DNA from: Phoronis australis
Taxonomy: Eukaryota > Animalia > Phoronida
NCBI GenBank assembly: GCA_002633005.1
Contig: NMRA01000587.1
Location: 199,222 to 262,519, forward strand
Direction of reading: 5' to 3'
Length of the DNA: 63,298 bases
In this document: one piece after another, positions 11,301 through 26,300 of the stretch
Layout of the letters: the number at the start of each line of letters is the position of its first letter
Numbering within the stretch: the stretch's first letter is position 1
Made by a program: the position numbers and the translations under genes
Notes under the pieces: generated by a model
Database searches by the model: none
The model's input: the letters and a program-made list of their open reading frames with translations, nothing else
Told to the model about the DNA's origin: nothing

Positions 11301-14300
11301 ATATTGGATATTGGTTGAGATGAATGTTCTGATATATTGGATATTGGTTGAGATGAATGTTCTGATATATTGGATACTGGTTGAGATGAATGTTCTGATA
11401 TATTGGATATTGGTTGAGATGAATGTTCTGATATATTGGATATTGGTTGAGATGAATGTTCTGATATATTGGGTACTCATTGAGATGAATGTGCTGATAC
11501 ATTATGTACTCATTGAGATGAATGAGGTGATATATTGAGTACTGGTTGAAATGAATTGTCTCCATAAAATGCTTTAAGGTTTACTGGGGTTGGCCAACCT
11601 TAAAACTGAGGCTCAAAAATGGACACATTTCCTCTCACTTGATTTTGTTACCGAAGTGGAATCCTGTCACAGTAAAAATATTTTGATACCGACTTTGTGA
11701 TAATAAAAGCATAAGTCGATTTTTGTTTTATCTACCTACGGGGATTTTCTGTAGATAAGCCCACCTGATGAAATGCCCATGGGCATTTATTCAGAAAATT
11801 AAGCTGAGTAAATGCCCATGGGTGTTTATTTGGTGTTACAACTTCTGGTGTCAAGTGTCCAAATAGGGGTCTTTTATTCAGAAAATTTCCTCTTAAATTT
11901 AAAAGCCCACTCAGTGTCAACTTTTTGTTACAAATTCCGTTTTGTGGAGCATTTATTATTTATAAGAACGAATAAGGTGTAGATGAACTATGTATTTATT
12001 AATAAAAAAATTAAGAACACGGTTTTAAGTAAAAATGTCTTAATCAGCAAGACTAAAATTTTCCGTTTAAAAGCCCCACTTTTCTGAATAAACGCCTGGC
12101 CAGTCTTACCTACACTAAATTCTAGTAAACATGGTGAAAAGCAGCTTCAAAAGGTTGTCAGTTAAACTCCTTTAAACTGATCTCAGATAATTGCTCTTCT
12201 CCCCCAGATACTGTCTGTTCCATTGTGGCCTGTTGGCATTGTTTTGACTGGCCACCCCAGCTGTTGATAGTGGTCTTGTTTCATTAGGAGATAATCTGAC
12301 CAGTGAATCCAGGATGTGTCAACTTAGGAGGACTTTAATTTATTACTGTCATAAAGTAGGTTGATCATTTTTTTTGAAAAATACCAACTTGTGTGTTTGG
12401 TGCTAGTACAAGATAAACAAAAGGCTTATTGGAGGTTGTCCCAGGTGATTTTGTTGACACAAATAAAAGCATTTTAATTTTTTTTTTCTAAGTCACGCGT
12501 GTAGTACCGTCTTTCGCTGGTTTAGATCTTGCTTTGGTTTGTATCTCTGTTTTTGGTTCATTTATATTGCATGTAATTCCGCAGTGCATGGATTGAATTT
12601 GATGATTTCCTGAGTGCTGATTTGAAGTTCGCGATTTGGACTTGACAAATAATTATCCATCAATGAGACTTGAAATTACTGACTTGTTAGTGCGATCAAT
12701 GATTGTTGGTTCTAAATACGGTACTAATGTGTGATAAATTATAACATTTCAGCTGGTTTTATGCAAGACATAGCTCTGGCTGACTGGGAGGTGTCTCAAC
12801 TGGTGTCATCTGCTCAAGAGACAACTGCAAGTTTATCTGGTGAACTAGGAAGCAGTCATAAAACAGGCAGAAAGAATAGGAGAAAATTGGCCAATAAACA
12901 GAAGAAAAGAAGAAAATCGTCGCGCAAAGGCAAAAGCAAAAAGCATAAGAAACGCAACAAGAAAAGGTAATTTGCAGCATTTTTAGTATTTTTATTCCAA
13001 AATAAGCTTGTTCATTACATGAATTTTTAAAAGTAAGCACAATATAGGCTTCCTAAATGTTGTATTTGAATTCTGCACCACCGGTTTTGTTTAGTTGAAC
13101 GCCTCTTTTCATGAATTTCAAAACTGATAGAAAGTTGATGAAAGAAAGTGCATTCTAAGTCGCAATTTGTGAAGTTTTCTTATTTTGAAGATGTCTTTTG
13201 ATTGGTTACCATGTAAAACGTACTATGAAAATGGAGGAGAGAGTACATCAAAGGTCATTTAGGCAGTTGCCAAAGTCTATGAAGTCTTCACAATTCATCA
13301 TAAATTTAAACTTTTTAATTGTCCGTTTTCAAAACTCCACTCTTCGGAATCTTGAATTACTGGAAGATCCCAACTGATGCCTTAAAAACAGTACACCTCC
13401 TTTTTAAATCACGTGACCTATTTTTCACTATAAATTCGTCATTTTTGCTTTGGAAATGAATTTCTATAGACTAAAGGCGAAACACTTAGTATTTGAACCA
13501 GATATTTTCATTCTGTCATTACGCAGGGAACCTTAAATCAGATTTTTTAATTAATCTCAACCAAATGAGATGTGGGGCATCAATTCCTTATCATGACATT
13601 GTCCCAAGTCTTCATTTCTGATGGCATATGTCTCTGTCTCGACTCTCTCACTAATAGACCATAAAATAGCAATGCAAAAAATAAAAAAAATGCTTCAACA
13701 CAATGATATTTTGAAAAATACAGATTTTTTGAGATTTCATCTGGAGCATTTATTAGTATATAATTATATCAAACGAAATTTGGTTCCGTCATTGATCACT
13801 TTGTTTTGCTATGAATCTACATTTCCTCTAAATTGTGCCAGAAAGACATGGTCATGTGACCCAAGTAATGGCAGATTGGTATTTAGTTAAAAATTTGTAG
13901 GCTTTCTACTTTCAGAATATTTGTACTTTTACTAAGAAGCTGAAATCTGTAATTTGGACGTGTGTGTCCATACAGTGCAACATTATCAGAAGTTTGCATA
14001 TATTTGATGGATATTAAGTAATTGGTTTAAAGAAATGTCTTGTTTAGTAGTGGAAAATAAAGATATAGTGTTATAACGTATTTGACTATTGCATGTGACT
14101 GAAATATCTTCCAAGAAGGTAACTGACAATTATCTTAAAACTGAGATAATTCACCTCGCCAGTTTGAAATTTCAAAACACGTTTACGGTTGGCTGACTTT
14201 CTAGGAAACACAACCCCAAGCAGCTGTTGATGTGGTATTGAAATGGTTAATCAACGCTTGCTATAATTAGAGGACTAGATGCGAAATTACTTTATGGAGA

Positions 14301-17300
14301 ACCCTTTTAAGCCCACTTTCAGCTATTTTTGAATTTGAAATCTATGAAAATGATAGGAGTTCAGAATCTTGGCAGGTTAACGCGAGCTCTTATTAATGAG
14401 GTCTGGAAATTCTCTTATAAGCTCTCTCACCGAGAGGCGTTTTGTTTTGTGAATAAAAAATAAATGACTTGGGAGGGGAATTAGCGTTATTAGCCTACTT
14501 GCCTTATTTTAGAAACTGAATTGTTTCCTTTGGCAAGTACCCTTTGTTAACAAACGAGACTTGCCATCTATAGGCACACATATGGTTCAATGTTCTGTAG
14601 TTACTCTAGTTATGAGTCCCAGTTGTTTGTGTGCAATCTGACGCTAACTGAGCGTTTAATGCAAATTTCTCACTGCTTCCTGATGGCAAAGCAACACCAG
14701 CCTTTCACTGATCCAGTGTAGGTCTCTTCAGGTTATTGGGAGACTATGTATTCACCAGTTTGTGCTAATGAATTAAGGCTTGTCTTTTTAACACCTGCAC
14801 AGATTAAGATTGTGTGGAACCAAATCTGTACATTTAGCCAAGTATCTACAAAACTAGAATTTAAGCCGCTACACAGATCTATATTTTCTGAAAGTAGAAA
14901 TTCCATAGAATTCAATTTTTACTGTATTCCAACCTGCCACTAATAAGGTCACATGACCTTGCTCTTGTAGGGAACTTTATCAAACGGAAAAGCACACTCA
15001 TAGCAAAAGAACAGGATCAATGACACAACCCAGTTTCATATGATATGAATATTCATGAGAAAATCTAAAATGCTGTTACAGTTTTTTAAATTATTGTTTC
15101 ATTTTTGTTTTATGCCACTTCACTTTTTCCCATAAAAATCATGACAGTCCAATATTTTGATGCAAAAGTGCCACATTTTTAAGACAATCTCTAACAGTAT
15201 ATATTGGAGAACAGTGTGCAAATCAAAGCATCTGGAAGTTTCATGTGAATACGATCGGCCATTTGTGAGATACGATGGTCCGAGGTTTGGCCAAAATAGC
15301 AGGTTTTCCTAGTGTCTTATGTAAGATTAAAAGTAGGAAACGGTTGACCAGCGTCGGTCTTGTGGGGGCTGAGGGTCCCTCTTCACTACCTGAATGAATA
15401 GAGTTATACAAAGCTAAATTCTGTAGAGTACATTTCCTCTGAGAAAAGTGGGATCACATGTGTCTTTACAAGATATCACCATTACAATAGCTTCTCTGCT
15501 TAATATCTCGCGTTGATGGAGAGTGCTACTTTGTACGTTTTAAGTTGTCATTGAATCAATATCTGATACTGTATTTAGAAAACATAAGAAGGCACGTCAT
15601 GTCAAGAAAAGCCGCAGTCGAAGTAAGCGTGCAGCTACAGCTCGACCCGAAAGGCTTTGGGATCATGGCGTTATTCCCTATGTGATCAATGCTAACTTCA
15701 GTGGTTCGTAAAACATATTGCTTTTATTCTCTGTTCCAATAGGCTGTGTAATTCAAAAGTCACTCATAAAAAGTTTACAATGTTTTTGATGAAACATTTT
15801 AGCTTACTGAGCAGGTGAGAATATTACTATTCATCCTATACATGAGACTTACCAGATTCATTTGTCTTTTGGACAGTCTCCATAAAATACTGACAGGAGT
15901 CTATCTATTTAATAGCAGTATGAAAATGTTTCACCCTATGGGTAATTCATCTACTGTGCAAAAATATCCATACTGACAAATAAAGCTTGGTATGTAATAA
16001 AACTACAGAGCTTTCTGGATTGAATTTTCGTCATTTGTTTTGTAGCTAAACTGATTTTGTATTGTCTAACAGTTAGAGAGCTCCCTCTGTTGTGAGGATA
16101 TCATTTTAGTCTTTTGTCCATCTGTGCTCTCGTAATGGTTTTTGACTTTGTTTTGCAGGTCAACACAAAGCACTGTTTAAACAAGCTATGCGCCACTGGG
16201 AAAATTATACATGTATCACGTTTGTTGAGAAAACACCAGCCGATACCAACCATATAGAATTTACAGAGAGTGCTTGTGGGTAAGGCTGGATGCGGTCCAT
16301 TTTCAGCTTTGGCATTACTTGATTAGCTTTTTTCAGAGACATTTAATGGTGTCTTAAAGTGGCATTTTGTTGTAGTTTAGATGCTCTGTTGAATTCTACA
16401 CAGAAGCATTTTGGGGTTTAAAAACATCACTACACTCATCTAATCCAGAGTTGCTCTCAAATGAGCCGCCAACTCAAGTCACAGGCAATGTGTACATGCG
16501 CCGAATTTGAATTTGCAATTTTTATGGTGACCAACTGCAACTAATTGAGTCACTGGGGGTTTCAGTGTTCTTGTTGATAGTGAAAATTAACTCCTATAAC
16601 ATTGAGGAATATTAGAGGACCTATTTTATGTGCCAAAGTGGCTTAATTTATTTTTGACAACTAAATACTGAGGAAATGTTGACATGGTGCTGCAACTTAA
16701 ATCAGGTTGTTCATACTTTGCACCATCATGATAAGATTGCCATATAACCTTTGTGTGTGATACAATTCTAGGATTATGAATACACATTACAACATCTTGG
16801 TGACCATAAGGGCTCCAGTGTACAAAAATTTATGTCAATTTCTTATTTTCGGGGTTATTGCTTGCTTATGATATGCTTGAATGAATGTTGATTGTGTCTC
16901 CTTCAAGGTGCTGTTCTTTTGTTGGCAAGAAGGGAGATGGGGGCCAGGCGATCTCTATTGGAAAGAACTGTGACAAGTTTGGTATTGTTGTCCACGAACT
17001 GGGTCACGTGGTCGGCTTCTGGCATGAACACACGCGACCGGACAGAGATAACCATGTACAAATAATCCGCAAGAACATTCTCACAGGTAGGAATCCATCT
17101 GTCAGTAATGGATCCCATGATAGAACTAGTACGACTGGAAGCTCACTGCTAGTTCAAGCGTTCAATTACCAAAGAAGGAACATGTTTCCTAATGCCAGCA
17201 CAACAATCCATTGGATCGGTTGTCTGCATGTAATCCCTTATGTTACCCCAATTACATTATACACTATGTGCACATGTTCTCAAAATATACAGGACTGCGT

Positions 17301-20300
17301 CTATATTGAATAAACTTTCAGCGCAAGAAACTGCAAATAAATATTCATTGACTGGAATTCGTTGAAGTTTTGGCGAATTCTCGACAAAGTCTTGACGGGT
17401 GTTATTCCATGCGTGTTGTTAAAAGTGCCTGAACTTGCTGTGTAAATACATTAAATAAAAATTAGTGACTAGGTGCAGTAACGTATGTTTTACAGTTCCA
17501 CTTAACTGCCAAGCAATTCTGGCAAGAAGTTTTATCCAATTTTGACATAGTTTTGTAGAAGTCTGTATATTTTATTTAATTGCAAACTACTGTACCTACC
17601 TGCAGTGAGATGACTACCAAGCAATTATAGGAAGCGTGAACGTCAAAAAGTTCTCCATATAACCAAGTTTCTTACAAGAAACTAGTTTTGTGCAATGCTA
17701 AATTCTCTTCCTAGGTTAGGAAGTAAAAGTTATCTAACAGAATGTTTGTATTGTGAGAGTGTATGAATCATCACTCAGCTTTGTTACTATTTTATTAAAT
17801 GGTGTTGCAACATTGCCTGGCATTGGTATATGGATTATTCAAACTTTTAAAATCACTGCAATTAATTGTTTTGTACAAAATTTTACCAAGGATAGGGTGT
17901 CATGTAAGTTCCATACAAGTTCCATGATAGAATAGTGCCTTGGTGGTTTTGTGGAAATTCAGTTTGATTTGATTTTAATTAAGTGATGGTACTAATTAAA
18001 CAACTTGTTTTGAAGTAATAGCAATGCAACATATCACTTGACAATTCCAAAAATAATCAAAATTCAAATCATTGCTGTTACATGTATATTTAATCACGTG
18101 AGAGTCAGGATTCTACTTATTCAGTTTTTTCATGTAGAAATCTTCAAGTTACAATTCTTTTAAATTTCATGAAATGAAAATTATGGAAATGAAAAATCCA
18201 GACATTTTGTGGTCATTGTTTTTGTTATTTTACACACAACACTGAACGTTGTATGCGGTTACAGTGCTTTTCATTGATCCACATCTTTTCCACTTATTGC
18301 ACCATAAACCCCTAACCTAGTGTAAAAATAATTTATTTTCTGTGTTTGTACACAGGCGAGGGTTTAACTTGTAACTTCCATTGGCCAATTCTTGAAGTTC
18401 TGTATTTTATTGCCAAACCTTATTTTTCAACACATTAGGCGCGACTTGGCATTTCACAACTCACAACTAGCCACTGTGAATGCTTCATGCCAGTTGGGAT
18501 TACAATAAATTAAATATGTTGTGTCGAGGCGACGAGACCGAATAACGTAGAACATTGTAAAATTTTTAAAATCCCGTAAAAATATTTATTACTAACACCA
18601 GCTTTTGAGCCTAATAGCAGTGACCCACAGGTATACAAACACATGGTCTCTTACCACAATGCCTGGATTTTTATGACTGACTTCTTTTGCTTGGGAATTA
18701 GCGAACAGAGGTGGCTGTTAGTGATACTGCTGCCTTCTTGTGTCAGTATTCTTTCCCCACCCATTTTTTTAGATGTTGTGGACCTTAGAAATTAATTTCA
18801 TCTTTGAAAATTGAACTTTATCATTGCTTGAACAGCAAAAATAGGTTAACTATAACAACAAAAGAAAAGGAAAATAATGTGCATTGTAACTGAGTGTTGT
18901 TCCTTAAGTTTGTTGATATGTCCCCACCTATGATAGTGTAGCCTGCCTGGGCAACACATTTGAGCTATACTAATACCCCCAAAGAATGCTGTGGAATTTG
19001 AATGGAGGAGCTCATCCTGGCAGTGCTGAAACAGTAATTAGAAATTGATAAGTACAAAAATCGATTGGCATTTTTACTATTTTGTTGTGTGTTGGTATGT
19101 GAAGGAGGGAGGTTGAGGTGAGCCCTCTGGCACCCTCTGGTGAATCCCCTTTGAAGAATTGATGAGCTGTTTCTTGTTTTTTGTGTCATAACATTGACTA
19201 GTCAAAAAGATTGTATGTTATCCCCTATGTTACTTCTGACTGACGTGGGCTGGAAGGCAGTCACCTCTGTATCAGGTCAATTTGGCAAGACTTACAACAT
19301 GTTAATAAGTGTAATGACTTAAACAGACCTACCAACAGCAGGGGCAACTGAGAGAACACATGGCATCAGTTAAAGGCAACATGTGAACTTAGATAAAGTG
19401 CAACCACAAATTTATTGGTTTTGTCTGAACCATGATTTATGTGGGTTGGTTTATTGAGTCATTGGCCCCCTCCCCAGAAGTTTGTTACAAAGAACCTATG
19501 GAACTGGTCATATTTGGGATTTGAATTGGGAAATAAGCCTTAATCAGGGATTTGAGTTCAGACATAAGCCTTCAGAAGAGATTTGAACTCGGAAGCAAGC
19601 CTTTCACAAGGGATTTGAATTCAGAAATAAGCCTTCATTGTGGGATTTGAATTAAAAAAATAAGCCTTCAAGGGTGAGGGATTTAAACTGAGAAATAAAC
19701 TTACACACAAAGTTTGACTTTTGAAGTCTTCAGGAGGGATTTGAATTCAGAATAGACCTTCACAAGGGATTTTAATTCAGAAGTAAGCCTTCAAGCACTA
19801 ATTGCGTCATATTTGGAGCTGTGTGAAAACTGACACATAGGACGTGTCATACTTGAGCCCTCCTTCCACCATTTGTTTGTGGTGTTGCTGTTAGCATAAG
19901 TAAATAATTATGTATGGACAAACCACAATAACATTTTTAGTGCATTCCTGGAAATCACAGTGATGCAATAATGTGCTTATGGAATGTACTGTTGTCTGGC
20001 CCTCATGCAGAAATTGCACTGCCTTCATTCAAGGCTTTCTAAAGAATATTCAGATGTGCTATGAATGATTCTGCTTTTTCATTGTTTGACAGGATGATTT
20101 AGCTGGAGTTATGTATTTGTGTGATTGCACTTAAAGCATTGGACTGGGTAAGGGTCAACCGATTCGATCCTGTCCCTTATTTCCATATCTTGTTTGTTCG
20201 TATAGTAATAATTTGTTAAGACGATGGAACAAACTGGGTTTTGGTCTGCTACAGAGACTTCAGGGATGTTGGTTTCTTTATAATGAATTTTCTACACAGC

Positions 20301-23300
20301 TTGTATTTTGTAAAGATCGTAGTAATCCGCAGTGTTCAAGGGCCAGGTGACATTATTTAGCATATCCCCATAATACGAGTATTTCATAACAAGTGGTCTC
20401 TAAGTTAAGCCAGTTTGCCCTGTTTAACTGGCTACGGTAAACATAAAAATCTTATTGGGTATTTTACTTTCATGAAATTGGATTCTACATCTAATCCATC
20501 AGCAACTCCAGAAAACACTTCAGAGTTTATTAGTGTTGACCAGCCCTAAAATTGTGGATTGCTAGGTAAAACATTAGGGCATTCTCAGGTTCAGTGAGGT
20601 TTACCAGACATAGAGGATTGTGAGCATGTGATAACACACAACTCCTTAGTTAACTGCCCTGCACAGTCTTTTGTCTGGTATGACAACATGCAGGCCAATC
20701 ATCTACCAACGACATGTGAACACAGTCAAACCAAGTGCGGAGTTGGTATGCGTTCGGACAGAATAGATTGTCTTAACTTCCGTTGTAGTTGGGCGATTTT
20801 GGTGATCCTAAAACTAATCATGATCAGTATTTGATGAGGAATTCAGAAATGTTATTGGTTTATGTTCAAACATTTTATAACTTAACGAACAACTGGCAGC
20901 TCCTTACTGCTTGAGATGACGTATGATATGTCCTCTTATCACAGTGTGTCATAGTAGGCACGGAGCTGTGTCCCAAGTACTACCTGTGAGATCATCCCTA
21001 CATCAGAAATCCTTCCTCACCCGACAAAGGAAGATTAAACTGCTTTCATTGTGGAAATTGGTCTCAATCATAAGTATGGTCTTTGAAGATCCAAGCTGAT
21101 TTTATAGTGGCTCCCACGTGGGGATCTCATTCGTTTAAATGGGTTACTTGTGGTGACCACTGGTAACTTGAATTTAATTTTGCTCTCCTATAACCTGTGA
21201 CATTTTTGTTGCTGAAATCGAGCTGGAAATTAAAGCTAATATTTTGCTATCTTGCGTGTCTAAATTAGTGGTTTGTGGTTACACAATAGGTTACCCTATT
21301 GGGCAACAGTGTGGATACCCTATACATTGTCTTCTTAACTCTTTGGGGCTGGCTGTTTCCAGGTCTATCACAGTTGTGACCACCCACTGTCCTGCTGTCA
21401 AATACAGGTCATGGCTGGCTCTAATTGTTTTCTGTGAAAATACACTTTGTTTTGGTTGAGAGAATTGGTTTCCTGCGCCCTATAAAGGAGTGCTTTAGTT
21501 ATTTTTCCTGATCCTGGACATTGTATCTGATATGCCTACTTAATAACCACTTGCTAGCCTACACCACCTGTTTGCTTGCTATCCGTGATGATCCCCCTGC
21601 TAAAAATACAGATCCCTGGTCGTCTTAGAGAGAAAAAACTTTCTGCATTAATTTTGTTATTGTTACCGTGGCATTGATTTGATACTCAGGTAACAACATG
21701 GCTTAAACAGTCCAGTAAAAGGCCCACACCTTGGCTCTGCGCTGACATTGTCTCTGAGCAAACACAATGTCCAACTCATTATTGAACACCATGCCTATGC
21801 CGGTCATTCAGGTTTGCTCTGTGGCTAGTAGATGTAGAAACACCATGTGCACCTGTTGCTGGGACAATAATGTCACTTTCTATTGTTGCGTGGAATGTAT
21901 TCGCCTGGAAAACAGTAATTAAGGTGTACAACTGTGAATCAGGGATGTGTGTCTTTAGCAATGGTGGTGTCGTGAAAAGTTTACTGTCTTTAAAGTTTGT
22001 CCAATGTACCAATGTAAACTCAGATTATAGTCGTACACTTTTTAATTTTTTTGGTCAAGCGTATTATGAAACCAGTTGAATCCCAAATTTGAGCTTTTTA
22101 TTTTATCAATTTATTGAACTGTTACACATATTTTTAGGTTCCATTGCCTGACTTGTTAAGCTTGCAAGCACTGCTTTCAAGGGGTTTTGTGTTGTCAAAT
22201 TCAGCTTTTAATTATTACATTTCGATTGTGTTAAAAAGCTGTATTGGTTATGTAACTGAAATTAGGTTTGTAGTCAAGTGTTAATTCAAACGTTTCAATG
22301 TTTGGAGTACAGTCTTGAACTCATGCCTGACTTTTATTGTGCAAGTTCACAGGTATACAGTAAATATTCTACACTTTGGGAACGTCTCTAAAATTTGAGA
22401 CACTGAAATTCAAGTAAAATTGATTTTTCTTGATTCTGAAGTTTTGGACCTGGGTAACTTGTAATCATCATATTTCTCAAATATAGGATGCTGCATTTGA
22501 GATAAAATGATTGAAAATAGCTGCCAATATAAAATTCATCTTTCTAGTTATTCTTGACTTTGGGACGGCCAGTATTGTTTATTTCTATATTTTGATAAAA
22601 ACTCCAATCTTGAATAAAGTAATCAATTTTTCACCGTCCCAAACTGGGTATTTTTTACTGGTTGTACTCGAACCGCGAAATGCACAGTCAAGAACATGTT
22701 CAGACGAATGATGTCCACACCATGAATACTATTGTTGTTTTATATTTTATTTCATCCCTGTGTACTCGCTCTATTTTAGGCCAGGACTACAATTTTCAAA
22801 AATTGCCGCCTGCAGACGTGAACTCGTTGGGTGAGCCATATGACTTTGACAGTATTATGCACTATGCGCGCAACACATTCTCCAGAGGCACGTATCTCGA
22901 CACTATACGTCCCATCAAAGCGCCAAACGCCAACACACGACCCGAGATTGGCCAGCGAGTTCGACTCAGCAAGGGGGATATCAACCAAGCGAATAAGTTA
23001 TATAGGTGTCCAAGTGAGTCTTTTCTGCGATTGTCAAAAGTCGTAATTTTGCTGAAATTGCAAACGTCAGATTATAATAATTCTAGTAGCAGCAGTGAGA
23101 GTGAGACAAAGGTTTTGAAAGAGGGCAGTGAATGAGGATTAACATGTGCTCTATAGTTACTTGTGTTACAAGTTTTGACTATGCTGATGTTTTATGAATT
23201 TCAAGTAAAAGCAGTAATTTATCTCGTACAAGTTAATGATAGAATTGCTGTATTTTTGATTTAATTCAAGGTTTTTGTGCGATGAGGGAATGATATTGAT

Positions 23301-26300
23301 TGGTTGTCGAAATTTTTTTAAGAACCGGACTGTGCATTCATTCATTTGGAATCCTTACCATTTATCATGTCGTGAACACATCCACTAAAACAAGAAACTG
23401 TAGGAACACCACATTTATCCACCTTCACTCTTATCAGGCTTCTATTGTGAGTCAGCATGCGTGAATAATTGGCTGATAAGCCACCTCTGGAACTACTTTT
23501 GGCTGAATGGATGGCGTTTACTAGATTGTTTTTCACTTAAACGGCTGTAACGTGCAAGGTGAGTGCTGGTTAACTCACAGATTTTGTGTGCACAGGCCGA
23601 CTGTCGTTAGCTCTGCCGTGGAGTATTAATAGTCCAAGGCTCGATCTACATGTTGGGGATGAAATGAACTACCCGGGCTGTGTGAAATTTCTGGGTCTAA
23701 CGGAGACACTGACGCAGTGGTCAGTCAGATCGCTGTATCAAGACTATAGTCAAAATCCAAATTCGTTTTATCGTGTCCCTGTCAATAATAACGGCATGTT
23801 AAAGCCTTCTTAATTTTCGTACTTCAGGAACATAACAATCACGTGTTTTGTACACATACGCGCACGCCGCAGATCACATCTCGGAAATTGCCGATTTGAC
23901 GGATGACAATGAATGAACACAATGAAATTAACAACGTCGTTTTACAGCTTGTAAGATTCATAATAAAAGTATTTTGAATATTGCAATGCATGTGTTCCAA
24001 AATCTAAATAACTTGGGTCCTATATTTTTGTATTAGTGCGCGCCGAATGAAAGTAATCGTGAGTGTTGCTGTGTTGCAAAATCTCTTATCCTGGGCCGAT
24101 TTGAAAAATTCAAAGTTGTACTCATATTTGTTTTCGCTCCTCTTTTCAAATATTACAGTAAAAACTACGTAAAACTCTCTCCATAAAAAGTACAGTCTGC
24201 TAGCTAGATTGTAATCAGCTGATCATATCCGCATGAGCGAAGCCAATTATCCTCGCTCGTGACTCGATGACTAGAGCAGCCTGGCGGCATCCCTTTGATC
24301 GTGAGCCGAGTGCGACTCAGCCAAGGTGGATAAATACGGTCTAGTTCAATTTTCCATACCCCGCCGTTTACCTTAACCACTGGGGTTAGAACTAATTTTA
24401 TTTAGTGGGAATGTTCATAGCATGATAGCCAAGCAGATGTCTTTCAAAAAATTTTTACCTTCATTTATAAGTTTCTGAAACCTTATCAGTAGGATCAAAT
24501 GTACATTGCACATTGTTCAGGACTGAGTATTTACAACTGTGTACCAATTTGAAACTGGATGACTGAAATGGCAACTTTCCTAGACTTAGTTCCCAAAACT
24601 TACTCAGACACACTGTCTTGTTCCTGTGTTCCATTTTCCTGCTATGGTTTACTGGCTGGACATTCAGAAATCAGTGTCTGCTTCAGTTAGTTGTCTGATG
24701 TCACTGAGCACTGACAGTCAAAAATGTTACTTCATTCAATTTTCTGCTTGCGCCTATCACTTTGGTTAGTTGTTTTTTTGCGTATTATGTACTAACTTCC
24801 CCTAAGAGTTTACTTCCGACGTATTTGGTTGACTTTGGAACATCATATATTAGGAATAGCTGATCATATTTAAGTCAAACTTCAAATAATATGCTTGTGC
24901 ATTGTCTCTGGAACTGTTGGTAATTGTTTCTAAAATGTTCCCTTTTGTATGAGGGGCTATAAAAAATTAAGACTTTTTACTAAAAAGATATGGTGACGAA
25001 CCCAAAAATGACAGCTTGATAAAACAAACTACTGAATTCTACAGACTTTCTGCTTTCAAAAAATATATTTTTTCCTTTAATATAATTCAGCTGTAGTTGT
25101 GAAGTTATTTGGGTAAATGCACACCATTGCAGATAACATTACACATAACCTCAGTGTAATATAACAAAGCTTCCTACATGATGAATCTGATACTGCTGTA
25201 TGTATGAAACCATACTTCCTGCTAATAGAAAACACATCCTTTTATTAATACGAAAGGAAGTGATTAATGTACGATTGGACAAGTAATGATGTCCTGTTTC
25301 CCAAATAGATTACCTTATTTACTTTTAAAAACATTTTAATTAAAATTTGTTACACTGCCCTGTAATTTACCCTCTTGAGACAGTTCTGTTATAGATGATC
25401 TATGATCAATGATCTATCATTGCAGGCTATTTATTACCTGCAGACTTAAAACAAGATAGCCTGGGAAATTCACAGTAGGACTGTGACTTGCCATGATGGT
25501 GTTTGTCTTTGCGTGCTGGATAGATTCACTCCTACAACTTGCATGGCTTCATAATCCTTGAAACTACTTGTTTAAAACCTCTTAAAGTTCTGTAGAGCCT
25601 TCAACTAGTACGTGTAGTTAGCAAAGTATCTTCAAAACTAGGATTTTAATTCAGTAACATATATATATTCTGAACGTTGAAAACCTGTAGAATTTAATTT
25701 AATCTCCCATTAATTGGTACACATGCGCATGTGTTTTTGGAAAATTTTAGTGAAAACGAAATGTACCAATGCTGTCTAGAGCATGGATGAATTTCATTCG
25801 ATATGAATGTTCAATATCAAATCTCAAATACGCGATTTTCTAAGTTGTTTTTGTTTTTTGTGAATTTTTTTCATAAAACTATAAAATCCTTAGTTTGATT
25901 GCTTCTCAATCAAAAGGGGAACATCTTATAAACAATTCTTAACATTTTGGACAACTGTGCATAAAGTATGGTATTTGAAAGTTTCACGTGGTCATTTGTG
26001 AAAAAAATTAAGCCAGATAGGGACATTTTTCTAGGCCTCTACATTATATGTTGATGCCGTCTCACAGTTAAATGACTGTGGATATCTGTGAATTCCTCCT
26101 CAGCTTGTGGTAGAACCTTACAAGAGTCCACGGGCACATTTGCGTCTCCGCCTAAAGACCCACAAATCTCAGACAGACCAGATGAGCTATGTCAATGGAG
26201 AATATCAGCAACTCATGGAGAAAAGATCGAATTAAATATCACTGCGTTGGATATCCTAAAAAGTGACAACTGCCGAACAGATTATTTGGAAGTGAGGGAT

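Noticed and set aside
11206-11565. Repeat-protein ORFs (119, 69 and 83 aa)
   Set aside because: Translations of a 33-bp minisatellite inside an intron.
17087-17313. ORF extension past BMP1 exon 5 (similarly past exons 6 and 9)
   Set aside because: Chance read-through into introns; homology stops exactly at GT donors.
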